A stretch of DNA of 64,000 nucleotides from a virus (lineage: Duplodnaviria; Heunggongvirae; Uroviricota; Caudoviricetes), in the IMG/VR virus record IMGVR_UViG_3300035208_002255, positions 1 to 64,000 of that record; one strand, 5' to 3'. Position numbers and translations under genes: made by a program. A model generated the notes under the pieces. The model saw only the letters and a program-made list of their open reading frames with translations, made no database searches and was not told the origin of the DNA. Shown one piece after another: positions 1 through 9,536 of this stretch. Numbering within the stretch: position 1 is the first letter of the stretch; every line of letters starts with the position of its first letter.

Positions 1-288
1 TTTCTAATTTAGAAAATCTTTTATGATATTACTACTTTGGTTAATCATAATATCATTTTTTAACCTTAGAATTTTATCTCTTGAGGAAATCATTTAAGAT
101 TATTTCAAGAGAACCAGATATTCAATTATCAATTCTCAAGAGAAGTAAATTCTCTTGAGAATTTTAAGGTGAATAAATAATGTTTCTCGACCTAGAAATA
201 ATAAACACATGAATGATATAAGACGGCAAATTCATCTCCAAGCTAAAGTATTGGAGCTTTCTTTGCACGATAATTGTGAGAAATGTTA

Positions 289-756
289 TCATTCTTTAAT
301 CCAGTGTAAAAACATTTCGGTTACCTGATCTAGATTATCGGCAGGATAAAGAAGTTGTTCTTTATAGAATAGCCATTCTAGGTATTCAGTTTGCGCTCCG
401 GGCTCTCTTCCTAGAAAGATTCTTTCGGATTTATGCCAAAGACCAAACTCGGCAAAGCTCTGATCATCATAAACACCTTTAGGAAACCAAAAAATGATAG
501 ATGTAGCTATTGCCATAGCCGATCTCTGCCAATTGAATGATATTTCTTTGGTAAACTTATCAGATTTAAGTTGATTCTTGGTTTCTGGAATAAAGATGGT
601 TATCGGTGTTTCGGAACTTTCCAATTTAGAGATGATGTCTAATCTCCAAGATTTTCCTTTGGGATTTTTTGGACCTGCAAGATAAACAGACCCAAGTCCA
701 TAGTGCAAATCATCAGATACAATTTCCTGACCTAGATACAGTTTTCTACAGTTCAT
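289..756 (-). CDS. nucleoside 2-deoxyribosyltransferase-like protein (YLAGP...W motif)
   Basis: 155 aa ORF; N-terminal VYLAGP motif typical of the nucleoside deoxyribosyltransferase / DNPH1-like Rossmann family; weak paralog of 41378..41875. Confidence 0.35.
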   Translation of the reverse strand: MNCRKLYLGQEIVSDDLHYGLGSVYLAGPKNPKGKSWRLDIISKLESSETPITIFIPETKNQLKSDKFTKEISFNWQRSAMAIATSIIFWFPKGVYDDQSFAEFGLWHKSERIFLGREPGAQTEYLEWLFYKEQLLYPADNLDQVTEMFLHWIKE

Positions 757-1014
757 TGTTCACCAAATGGAAAAGGCCAATAGTATTTACCACCGGCCTT
801 TTCGTTTCTCGACGCGAGATTTTACTTTATGGGAACAATTTCCTGTATTTTCTGATGTCCTTCAGACAGTTCTAAACATGAACAAAGTCGTTTCAGATCT
901 TCGTTTGGCATAACGAAAACAGGATACAATTCCTTATCATCTGGATCATACATAATGATAAGGTGCGAGGCACCTTTAGCAATGGCCTGCTCTTTCCAAA
1001 GCTTTTTAGACATG

Positions 1015-1099
1015 CGGAAGGGGCGAGGGTCGAACTCGCAAGGCTGTTACACTCGCCGTTTTTCGAGAACGGTGCCGTCACCTATCGGCTAGCCCTTCC
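1015..1099 (-). tRNA. tRNA-Ser (anticodon CGA), class II with long variable arm
   Basis: Hand fold: acceptor GGAAGGG/CCCTTCC, T-arm GCGAGTTCGACCCTCGC, anticodon stem CCGTT/AACGG, loop CTCGAAA. Confidence 0.7.
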
Positions 1100-1372
1100 A
1101 TTTACCAAACGTCCCATGCAGTAAGTCTACAGGCGTAGGGTGCTGAATCATTGTACTCATAAGGATCTATAAATCCTTGAGTAATTTTGTGCATTTCAAT
1201 ATTCATACGATGGCGGTAGGATCGGTGAACACTCTTCTTCCATTGAGATAGAGAGATTTTATCCCAACAATGAAGATGAGCAGCAACACGAGCGCCACGT
1301 TGAACGATTACAGGAACAAAGTTGTTTGTGTGCATAGTTAAAACATGCACAATCTCCAGACTAAACAAACTA

Positions 1373-1879
1373 TCATTCCGAATATCCTTTCAGTTCTTGC
1401 TGCAAGAGATAGATGTGAGTTTCACCAACACTTGACTGAGCCATAATCATATCATCAAGACCAAGAGTCATCATATCCTTGTCCTTGATTTCTTCATATG
1501 TTTTCTTACAGATCTTTTGGAAAGCTTTCTCGATGGCTAAAGATGATTCTAGAAGAGCTGTTAATGAATCATTTTTCGCGGAGAACCCTTTAGCGATTTC
1601 TCCGGCAGCGTTCGTAAAGAGTAAAGATCCGCAAAGCCCAACAACTCGCTCAGCAGCATCATCAATAATTTCGTCTTGTACTTCCTCATACAATCTCTGA
1701 AAGAGAAGATGATCTCCGTAATGCTGAGCAGCCCAATGATTCTCTTGGTGCAGCAAATACATCGCACGAGTAAATGCAACATACATGGACAAAAGCTTAT
1801 GAGATTCCTCATCCATTGTTTGCTGAGCTACTTTAGTTGCGTATATCGAGCTGAAGCTTTCAAGAATCTTATAGTCCAT
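1373..1879 (-). CDS. Dps-like ferritin-fold protein
   Basis: 168 aa; HQENHWAAQHYGDHLLFQRLYEEVQDE resembles the Dps HW...G..F..LH ferroxidase region. Confidence 0.5.
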   Translation of the reverse strand: MDYKILESFSSIYATKVAQQTMDEESHKLLSMYVAFTRAMYLLHQENHWAAQHYGDHLLFQRLYEEVQDEIIDDAAERVVGLCGSLLFTNAAGEIAKGFSAKNDSLTALLESSLAIEKAFQKICKKTYEEIKDKDMMTLGLDDMIMAQSSVGETHIYLLQQELKGYSE

Positions 1880-1897
1880 GAGAGTACGCTAAAATAG

Positions 1898-2350
1898 TCA
1901 TAGACCCAAAGTTTCCTTTAGCTTGGCATTGTACTTTCCAAACGGCCCACCAATAAGCTGTTCCCAAGTTACCCAAGCAGCAGGTCCCGCATCACCCTGT
2001 TTTGGTATGTCTTTTATAGTACCATTGTATAAGTATGTAATAACAAAGAATTTGGCATCTTTTCGGTTAAATACTGGAACTAACTTATTTTTATCCAATT
2101 TAATAAAGGACTCTTCCCAAACTTCTCGAACCAAAGCATCAACAGCATCTTCTCCTGGATCCACTTTTCCACCAGGCAGACCCCATTGATCGGTAGTTCC
2201 TCGGCGAGCTACTGCTAGAACTTTTCCATCTTCTCTTATTGCACAAACGCAAACCGATAGGATCAGTGCGTTAGGATTCCCAGCAAGGAACGAAGACTCA
2301 AGCTTCAGATCATTATTTAACAGTTTAAAAAGATCTTCTTTTGTAGTCAT
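1898..2350 (-). CDS. NUDIX hydrolase
   Basis: Nudix box GLPGGKVDPGEDAVDALVREVWEESF (GX5EX7REUXEEXGU). Confidence 0.8.
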   Translation of the reverse strand: MTTKEDLFKLLNNDLKLESSFLAGNPNALILSVCVCAIREDGKVLAVARRGTTDQWGLPGGKVDPGEDAVDALVREVWEESFIKLDKNKLVPVFNRKDAKFFVITYLYNGTIKDIPKQGDAGPAAWVTWEQLIGGPFGKYNAKLKETLGL

Positions 2351-2616
2351 TAAATAGCTTTCACGATATTTTGGTAATGCTCAAAATGCTCCTGAGTACC
2401 CTTAAACCCAAGATCACGAGAATAGGCATAAGCCAAAGCTTTTCCATTATTGTAAGCTTCTTTAGATCCATTAAAGCCCTGGCTCCATACAAAGCGATAT
2501 GTTGGTGCGTCAGTTCCGGGTAACACTCCGGCCCCATAGGTCAAAAAAGCATTCGTGTCAAAAATAAACACAAGTAACTGACGATCTGCAAACCATTTAA
2601 CTTTAGTGACTTGCAT
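2350..2616 (-). CDS. hypothetical protein
   Basis: 88 aa ORF, stop overlaps start of the upstream gene by 1 nt (translational coupling). Confidence 0.4.
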   Translation of the reverse strand: MQVTKVKWFADRQLLVFIFDTNAFLTYGAGVLPGTDAPTYRFVWSQGFNGSKEAYNNGKALAYAYSRDLGFKGTQEHFEHYQNIVKAI

Positions 2617-2644
2617 AATTTATTTCTGCTCATTCTCTTTCAGC

Positions 2645-2722
2645 TTGGTGTTTCTGATAATGCTGTAAGAAAAAGGATTAGAAGAATTAGAGCGGGTGGC
2701 GAGATTCGAACTCTTATTTCAT
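2645..2722 (+). pseudogene. duplicated 3'-terminal fragment of HNH endonuclease gene (direct repeat of 3393..3470)
   Basis: About 78 nt, roughly 90% identical to the last ~20 codons plus downstream flank of the intact HNH gene 2748..3458, including ...SDNAVRKRIRRIRAG and a GAGATTCGAACTCTTAT tail. Confidence 0.6.
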
Positions 2723-2747
2723 TCTATCAATAACACCACATTGCTAT

Positions 2748-3458
2748 ATGTATAGGGAAAAGTCATCAATCATTTGGTCATTAACAGAATCGGAATTCCG
2801 AGAACTTATTAAATCTTCCTCAACTTATAAAGAAGCTTTGATTAGGCTTGGTTTTGCCATAAAGTCCGGAGGAAACTATAAGACTTTAAAGAAGAGAATA
2901 CTAAGAGATAAAATAGATATTTCACACATTGAACGAAACAAACATCAATTTAGAGGTGTGGCTAAAGAAGAAATACCACTTGAGAAAATGCTTGTTAAAA
3001 ATTACCATAACTCAACTAGAAGTCTTAAACGAAAGTTATTAAACAGCGGATTGATTAAAAATCAATGTTTTAAATGTGGTCTTAAAGAAGAGTGGCAAGG
3101 AGAGCCTATCTCTTTGCAGCTTGATCATATCAATGGTGATCATGATGATAACCGATTAGAAAATCTAAGGATTCTTTGCCCAAACTGTCATTCACAGACA
3201 AATACTTATAGTGGTAAAAATTCACATCAAAGTAAAAGTCCAGATTGGATCTGCAAATGCGGAAGGCGTAAACACAAACAGTCAGATGTTTGTTACAGTT
3301 GTTTTAAACAACCGGAGAGAACTATTTGGCCATCTGATGATGATCTGATCAAGAAATCAGAAACACAATCAATACTAAGTATTGGAAAAGAACTTGGTGT
3401 TTCTGATAATTCTGTAAGAAAAAGGATTAAAAGAATTAGAGCGGGTAAAGAGAGTTGA
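2748..3458 (+). CDS. HNH homing endonuclease (paralog 1 of 3)
   Basis: LQLDHINGDHDDNRLENLRILCPNCH HNH motif; C-terminal LGVSDNSVRKRI helix-turn-helix; plus strand while neighbours are minus; paralogs at 43255 and 49747. Confidence 0.8.
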   Translation: MYREKSSIIWSLTESEFRELIKSSSTYKEALIRLGFAIKSGGNYKTLKKRILRDKIDISHIERNKHQFRGVAKEEIPLEKMLVKNYHNSTRSLKRKLLNSGLIKNQCFKCGLKEEWQGEPISLQLDHINGDHDDNRLENLRILCPNCHSQTNTYSGKNSHQSKSPDWICKCGRRKHKQSDVCYSCFKQPERTIWPSDDDLIKKSETQSILSIGKELGVSDNSVRKRIKRIRAGKES

Positions 3459-3665
3459 ACTCTTATATTTTGGTTGGAAGCCAAATGTAATAAGCCGTTA
3501 TACGACACCCGCAAAGTAATGAAATAAACCCTAGTGTCTACACTAGCACAGGAAAATTTTCCCGTTCCTTTGAAGATTATCTCATTAGTGTTGAGGTGGA
3601 ATATAAGCAATCTAAACGTCCCATATCCCCTTACTCTGCCTGGCAACCTCAACTCTGATTAATAC

Positions 3666-4571
3666 CTAGATATTACCTGTCTCGACCATTCTTTTCTCGG
3701 AAGATACAAAAATCGTTTGGTTACTCTTTAAATATTCGATGTAGTACTCGAAACTTTCATTTGCCAGAATTTCACCTTTGGATATTTTATCTTCTAGAAT
3801 GACTCTGATAGCACCAATCTCAGGGCCAATTGGGATACCCAATTTGAGAGAGATTTCATTACCAAGACCTTTCGGCAAACCCGAATGCTTGGAATCCTTC
3901 TCCCTGATTTCCCTGATCCTGGCCTTAAGTTCGTCAATTCTCCTGACGATCTTCTCTCGTTTCTTTGGTGAAGCAGTTGTAATATCAGACGCGCTCAAAG
4001 TCAAGAGATCTTCAAGGTACATGTCCATTTCTTTTGCGAACCTACGAACAGCCGAATCTGTCCACTCGTGTTCGTACCCTTCAGCGTACCCAAGATTGGA
4101 TACCAAGAAATGAATGCAGGTTTTTTGACCACAACTAAAGATATGGACTTTATTAGTGAACTTATCAAAGATCTTTGCAGAGATCTTCTCATGGTGATGG
4201 AACGTGACTTTGTTGTCCTTGATTGAAAAGGATTGAGCCTTTCCAAGGTCATGGAACAAAGCAGCCCACCTGAGGTTTAGCTTTGGAGGAGTTTGAGATA
4301 CAACACGAATAGTGTGTGGCCAAATCTCTTTGAATTGCTTTGAACTCTTTAGGTCCAAAGATTCCTGAATTTCCGGGATGAGCCAATCGAAGAACCCAGC
4401 CCGCTGAAGAACAACAAGCGCAAGTCCAACATGAGGACCAACCATTATCTCATGAAGAATGCGAAAGTCTTTCTTACCAAGCTCTTTCACTTCTTCTTTG
4501 GTAACTGGTATGAACTCATCATCACACTTACCATACAAAGCCAATGATCTGGCTTGTGTGAGTAATTTCAT
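3666..4571 (-). CDS. HD-domain phosphohydrolase (CCA-enzyme-like HD domain)
   Basis: 301 aa; AALFHDLGK HD motif, H...HD...D spacing; no nucleotidyltransferase head domain seen. Confidence 0.45.
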   Translation of the reverse strand: MKLLTQARSLALYGKCDDEFIPVTKEEVKELGKKDFRILHEIMVGPHVGLALVVLQRAGFFDWLIPEIQESLDLKSSKQFKEIWPHTIRVVSQTPPKLNLRWAALFHDLGKAQSFSIKDNKVTFHHHEKISAKIFDKFTNKVHIFSCGQKTCIHFLVSNLGYAEGYEHEWTDSAVRRFAKEMDMYLEDLLTLSASDITTASPKKREKIVRRIDELKARIREIREKDSKHSGLPKGLGNEISLKLGIPIGPEIGAIRVILEDKISKGEILANESFEYYIEYLKSNQTIFVSSEKRMVETGNI

Positions 4572-4894
4572 ATAACTGCAACTCTCTTTCCTGAAATGAA
4601 ACTTTCGAGATCAACCTTATCAGCGTATTCATCGTAGTCAACAAGAATCTCTTCATCTTTCTTGATAGGTTTAATCGAAACAAAATGCCAACCATCATCT
4701 CTTTTCACAGTCTTGGCATTGGGAATTTTCGAATCATTAATCAGAAGTCCAAAAGTATTACGAAAGAAAGTTTTTGATGTTTCAGTCTCTGATGATAGTG
4801 GAATTGAAAGACCAAGGTCTGTGTTCTTGTGAACATCTTCGGTACAGAATGTTCCATTACCATGAATTTTTGATTTCTTAATACACCACTTCAT
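4568..4894 (-). CDS. hypothetical protein
   Basis: 108 aa ORF, 4-nt overlap with flanking genes. Confidence 0.4.
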   Translation of the reverse strand: MKWCIKKSKIHGNGTFCTEDVHKNTDLGLSIPLSSETETSKTFFRNTFGLLINDSKIPNAKTVKRDDGWHFVSIKPIKKDEEILVDYDEYADKVDLESFISGKRVAVI

Positions 4895-5583
4895 ACAATA
4901 CCTTCAGCTAAGGAAAACCGCTTTTTCATTTCTGTAGTCTCTAGCAATGCTCTAAACCAGCTATCGTTTGTTACAAACTTTTCAACTTTGTCTAGAAACT
5001 TTTCGACATTTAGAAGATCCATTGTGATTCCATTTTGGTGTCTAAAACCATCAATAGAAATCCAGAACCTATCTCCATGGTGTTTGATTTTGCAAAGGTC
5101 TTTTTCCGTAATTTCGTATCCACAATATTTTGTATTTGGAACTTCCATTCCAATGAATAATGGAAATGCATTTAGTTGCATTCCCATAACTTCCTTATAA
5201 TCATGATCTGTTTTTGAAACTAGTATAGCTTCTTTGTCGGGAATAAGACACAGCGTATCAAGTAAATTCGTGTATCCATTCCTGATGTCTATCTGAACCC
5301 TCTGAATGGTGTCCCAGATATCAGGTCGTTCCTCTCTCAAAGAGAGGATTCCGTTCAGCATATCACGTTCCCATCGACCTTGCAAGATCCCTCTTACGCG
5401 AAGTCTATCTGCTTGATTTCGAAGATCTTCCAACCAATCGTCCGAAGGATAGGCCGGACGGGGCTCGGTATTTGAGCACAGATTCAGCCCCCACTCTACG
5501 AACGGATATTTCGCAGAGATTTCTACTAGTTCGGCTGGGGCAACAGAATCATCAACCCCGCAAATGGAAACTGTCGAAATCAT
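4891..5583 (-). CDS. hypothetical protein
   Basis: 230 aa ORF in operon-like array. Confidence 0.45.
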   Translation of the reverse strand: MISTVSICGVDDSVAPAELVEISAKYPFVEWGLNLCSNTEPRPAYPSDDWLEDLRNQADRLRVRGILQGRWERDMLNGILSLREERPDIWDTIQRVQIDIRNGYTNLLDTLCLIPDKEAILVSKTDHDYKEVMGMQLNAFPLFIGMEVPNTKYCGYEITEKDLCKIKHHGDRFWISIDGFRHQNGITMDLLNVEKFLDKVEKFVTNDSWFRALLETTEMKKRFSLAEGIV

Positions 5584-6185
5584 CCTTCAAATGCTGTATT
5601 ATGCCCGTCTTCAATTTCCAGGGTCTTTAGGTGATATCTGAAAATCATACTGGATCTGAACATGAAATTGAAGAACTTATCGTTCTTCGCCAGGATTCCA
5701 AAGTGCTCACAGTTAGGAAGCAGGATGATGGTTTTGGGTTGGAATGGAAGTTCTTTAATCTCTATATTTTTTCGGTCTACATCGTAATGTAGACCAGGTT
5801 TGTAATGACCATTGCTTTGGTATTCAACTTTGGACTTTAAAGCCTTTACCGTTTTTTCGTCACCAATCCAAATACCAAGATCTTCGGGTTTGAAGTCTTC
5901 ACAATTGAATCTGGTGGAAAAATCCCAAACGGCTTCTTGGAAGTTTTCTACATGATACAGAGGACGTAAAGAAGCAGCCTCGATAATCGCCTGCTCTAGT
6001 TTCGCTTTCCAATCAAATTGTTCTTGCGAAAGCATTGGCAGGCAAATTCTACAACACCTGACTTCGGAAGCTTGTTCACCGGCAAGTCCAAGGTACCAAA
6101 TATCTTCATCCCCACCCTCATAGTATGGAGAACACCCGCCAAGGTTATCATGTACTAAAACACTCTCAATGGTTCTGTGGCCCAT
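5580..6185 (-). CDS. hypothetical protein
   Basis: 201 aa ORF. Confidence 0.45.
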   Translation of the reverse strand: MGHRTIESVLVHDNLGGCSPYYEGGDEDIWYLGLAGEQASEVRCCRICLPMLSQEQFDWKAKLEQAIIEAASLRPLYHVENFQEAVWDFSTRFNCEDFKPEDLGIWIGDEKTVKALKSKVEYQSNGHYKPGLHYDVDRKNIEIKELPFQPKTIILLPNCEHFGILAKNDKFFNFMFRSSMIFRYHLKTLEIEDGHNTAFEG

Positions 6186-6380
6186 GTCCGTATCTATATC
6201 AACATCTTATGGTCAGAACTCAAGAGGTTTTATGCTGCGCTCCCCCACAATATTTCCGTTGTCTAAAGTGTAGATAAACTGCTGGTTTGGGTAATATGCA
6301 AATCTTTCAGTGATATCACTTATATGGAGCCCATGGCGAGGATTCAGCTCGATACATGGACAATCTTTCAGACTTGATTC

Positions 6381-6584
6381 TTAACAATCAATCAAGTCTT
6401 CTGCTAGTTTGAGCCAAACATGCTTATCACATGCATTATCGAAATTACCAGCATCGAACGGCTCAAGGAAGGAAGGCATGCAGTTTTCTGTTAATTCAAT
6501 TCGAGCATCGCGAATACCACGTAGATAATATTCCCTTAGCTTTTCTGCAACAACTTTGATAACAGCTTCTCTTAAAGTAACCAT
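6381..6584 (-). CDS. hypothetical small protein
   Basis: 67 aa ORF. Confidence 0.3.
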   Translation of the reverse strand: MVTLREAVIKVVAEKLREYYLRGIRDARIELTENCMPSFLEPFDAGNFDNACDKHVWLKLAEDLIDC

Positions 6585-6699
6585 GGATCCCTCACATAAG
6601 TGGGGAGTTCACCTAACCCGCTCCTCCATTACTATGCATTAGTATTCGCTGAATTGATTTCTTCTTCGGCGATTTCCTCTTCATAGTCGCGTACATACA

Positions 6700-6984
6700 C
6701 TAGAGTAATGGGTTGCCATCGTCATCAACTATACCACCACCAAGCCAACCAGCTTCATTTTGAGTTGGTGGTATTTTGAATGTTTTCATCATCTTAATAA
6801 CGCAATCTTCGCAGATATCGAATGAAGTATCAACTCCGTCGCCTATTCTAGAGCCGTATCCACCGCTCATTCTAGCTCCAAGATAAGAGCTGTACTGTTC
6901 AATAACTTCACCACATTGGTTGCAGATAACCTCTTCTACAATTTCAACCTCTCTCGTCTCTGTAATCTTCTTTATCTTTTCCAT
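6700..6984 (-). CDS. zinc-ribbon small protein
   Basis: CNQCG...CEDC cysteine pairs. Confidence 0.4.
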   Translation of the reverse strand: MEKIKKITETREVEIVEEVICNQCGEVIEQYSSYLGARMSGGYGSRIGDGVDTSFDICEDCVIKMMKTFKIPPTQNEAGWLGGGIVDDDGNPLL

Positions 6985-7255
6985 TTCTTCTCCAGTATTT
7001 GTATTTGAATATGATTGATACCAATAGGAAGTTGAGTGTGTAGTTAACGATTAGTATTAAGTCTGTTGTGTAAAAATGTAAAGCATAGGCAAGCATCATA
7101 CCTTCGCCTATTAACCATAACCAAATAGTTCCGTGTGCAATACCGTTTGAGTGTCCGTCTTTCCAAGACCTATAAGCTTGGGGTAATCCCGAGAATGCAA
7201 AACAAATAGCACCGATGGTGCCGAGAAGCATAAAGAAGTTGTGAGCTGTTAGCAT
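6944..7255 (-). CDS. small integral membrane protein
   Basis: 103 aa, three hydrophobic segments. Confidence 0.4.
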   Translation of the reverse strand: MLTAHNFFMLLGTIGAICFAFSGLPQAYRSWKDGHSNGIAHGTIWLWLIGEGMMLAYALHFYTTDLILIVNYTLNFLLVSIIFKYKYWRRNGKDKEDYRDERG

Positions 7256-7827
7256 TAGAATTTGTTATCAATCATAGATATGAGTTTATCCAAAGAGCCT
7301 AAATGCTCTACTGGAATCTTTACACCTTTATGACCGTTTGTTCTAGGTATCTCTACTAGGTTATCTTTGGCCTCTAACCATCTTTTTGATATTGTAGGAA
7401 TCCAACCACCCTCATGTATGTGTGGAGTTTCTGTTTCATTCAAATGAACGAAAAGCTGGATGTATGCATCAATATTTTTGTCAACCTCTTCTTGTTTGAC
7501 AATGAGGTTGAGCCCCTGTTTGAATGGAGCATATGAAGATGTTTTGATGTTGACCTTTTTGAAAGATCCACCAACGCGGATCTCTAGATCGAAATCATCA
7601 CCAACACCACATGTAATATTCATCGTACATACTTTATCTTCTTTGGATATTTTGTCGAAGATAAAGAGTGTACCTATTAGGTCCATCAAATCCCCAGTGC
7701 CCCGAACTTCTGTTTCTAGTTCGTGCCAACCAGCGACACGGTTATGAGGAGTTAAAGATGGGGATATGTATTTAGCGAAACGAAGAAGTTGCTCAGGGAT
7801 CTCTTTCATAGAGATGTTTCTCATCAA
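7255..7827 (-). CDS. hypothetical protein
   Basis: 190 aa ORF. Confidence 0.45.
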   Translation of the reverse strand: MMRNISMKEIPEQLLRFAKYISPSLTPHNRVAGWHELETEVRGTGDLMDLIGTLFIFDKISKEDKVCTMNITCGVGDDFDLEIRVGGSFKKVNIKTSSYAPFKQGLNLIVKQEEVDKNIDAYIQLFVHLNETETPHIHEGGWIPTISKRWLEAKDNLVEIPRTNGHKGVKIPVEHLGSLDKLISMIDNKF

Positions 7828-8153
7828 TAAGAAGATAATATAATCTTAACACCAGGAGTGTCTATATAATAACGAATTACATTATCATGGTTTGAACAAC
7901 TCATATAAATGAAATCCCACGTGTCAGAATATTCTTTTATTTCTTCTACATCTGCATATTCATAAGGATGTTTTTCAACGAAATAATCTAAAATTGCATC
8001 CCTACCTTTTGCGATAATTTCAGTATCATAACAACAATTATGTTCACACCAACTTTCTAACAAGTTGAAGAGCTGTGGTTCTTTCAATCTATCAATTGCT
8101 AATATGAAAGAAGAACTAGAACTATTGCTAACAAATCCTATTCGAAATTTCAT
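7824..8153 (-). CDS. GFVSNSSSSSF-motif family protein (paralog A)
   Basis: N-terminus MKFRIGFVSNSSSSSF; about 50% identical to 8451..8783; same motif in 15409..15651 and 49365..49634. Confidence 0.5.
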   Translation of the reverse strand: MKFRIGFVSNSSSSSFILAIDRLKEPQLFNLLESWCEHNCCYDTEIIAKGRDAILDYFVEKHPYEYADVEEIKEYSDTWDFIYMSCSNHDNVIRYYIDTPGVKIILSSY

Positions 8154-8155
8154 GA

Positions 8156-8479
8156 CTACCTAATTTTAATGGGGTTTTCAGGATCAAACTCAATCCCGTT
8201 TTCTTTCAGCCAATCCAGCCAATCCTTTCTTGGCTCACCAAGTCTGTAAGTAGAGTTCTGAGTAAAGATGATATCTTTTTCAACTTTACGAATACAAGAT
8301 GTAAGAATTATCTTACCATCTGGATATTTATAGTGACCATTGACACACCCCTCGACCATTAAATCTCTAAGTTCGGGAGGGGTAAAAGCATCACCATTGC
8401 CATAAACACAAGCCCAGTTGTCAATGACAGGAATGTTGTCCATGATTATCTCAGATGTCACAAAAGAATATCTTAGCAC
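8156..8479 (-). CDS. hypothetical protein
   Basis: 107 aa ORF between the two paralogs. Confidence 0.4.
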   Translation of the reverse strand: MLRYSFVTSEIIMDNIPVIDNWACVYGNGDAFTPPELRDLMVEGCVNGHYKYPDGKIILTSCIRKVEKDIIFTQNSTYRLGEPRKDWLDWLKENGIEFDPENPIKIR

Positions 8480-8783
8480 TGCTTTTTTCTAGAAAGTGTT
8501 CAATTACATCGTCATGATAAGAAATGTCAATGTATACAAAATCCCATGTATCATCAGAGTATTCCTTTATCTCTTCTACGTTTGCGTACTCGTAAGGATG
8601 ATCTTTAGCAAAGAGATTTAGAATATCTTGTTTACCCGATGCAATCATGCATGTTTCGTAATGACACTCACGTTCACACCATGTTTCAAGTAGCTTGAAA
8701 AGCTTCGGATCTTCAACTCTATTGATACCAATCAGGAATGAAGTACTAGAACTGTTGCTAACAAATCCATCTCTAACTTTCAT
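8451..8783 (-). CDS. GFVSNSSSSSF-motif family protein (paralog B)
   Basis: MKVRDGFVSNSSSTSF...HPYEYANVEEIKEYSD shared with paralog A. Confidence 0.5.
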   Translation of the reverse strand: MKVRDGFVSNSSSTSFLIGINRVEDPKLFKLLETWCERECHYETCMIASGKQDILNLFAKDHPYEYANVEEIKEYSDDTWDFVYIDISYHDDVIEHFLEKSSAKIFFCDI

Positions 8784-9010
8784 AACTTTCCTTGTTGGTC
8801 TTTTAGTTGTTCTTTTTCAGAGATACGTGAGCGTTGCTCTTGAAGAGTTTCGTGTCTATGATGTATGCAGCTAAATCGTCTTAGCATACACATTCCGCAA
8901 CAACCAACTACGCCACCACGTCTACGCTTTTTCTTTTTGTAGTTTGCCATGTTCCTCCAAAGCCGGCGCTACCGGCGCGGCTATGAAGGAATTAAGAGTT
9001 TTAGCTACAT

Positions 9011-9346
9011 TCATATACATTTACCAAGAGGTTTATTTACAACTAATGGATGAGAGAGTGTTAGCGATGTTACTTTAAGACAAGCATTGGGTTCTGAAAT
9101 AACTTGCCTTTTAACAACTCTCCGAAGATTTGTCCAGTTGATAGGAACTGGTGCAATGTCAAAATTGAAGTCTGACTCTTTACCACATTTTGTACATCTA
9201 TACAAAACATGATTATCACCACGTTCATCGTAAGAATCTGAAACGAATGAACCAGAACAAAGTTCATTTCCGCATGTGCAATGAATATATGTTACCTGAT
9301 GTATCTCAGGTTTTAGTAGATTCTTCAGTACTTTTAGCAAGTTCAT
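9011..9346 (-). CDS. cysteine-rich zinc-finger protein
   Basis: CTCGNELCSG...CTKCG motifs. Confidence 0.4.
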   Translation of the reverse strand: MNLLKVLKNLLKPEIHQVTYIHCTCGNELCSGSFVSDSYDERGDNHVLYRCTKCGKESDFNFDIAPVPINWTNLRRVVKRQVISEPNACLKVTSLTLSHPLVVNKPLGKCI

Positions 9347-9536
9347 CTTTGTACTTTACGAGGTCGTTGTAGTCCGCTTGATTCATTAAAACTCTTGAAC
9401 GTCCATTCTTATCAACCAGATGGACAACTCCTTCTTCATCAATAGCTGGGGTAAGCGGGCCGCCAAAACTCAATGGAGGCATTGCCTCAATTAGATTTTT
9501 GATATCTTTTAAGTTTAGTTTAGTTTCAGTTGTCAT
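9306..9536 (-). CDS. hypothetical protein
   Basis: 76 aa ORF. Confidence 0.35.
   Translation of the reverse strand: MTTETKLNLKDIKNLIEAMPPLSFGGPLTPAIDEEGVVHLVDKNGRSRVLMNQADYNDLVKYKDELAKSTEESTKT

Noticed and set aside
893-1081. 62-aa minus-strand ORF
   Set aside because: Lies entirely over tRNA-Ser(CGA) at 1015..1099; its reading frame is a by-product of the tRNA sequence.
3459-3665. Possible ncRNA or tRNA in the 200-nt gap after HNH copy 1
   Set aside because: Only an imperfect long-range inverted repeat (GTTGAGGTGG ... CAACCTCAAC) was found; no tRNA arms.
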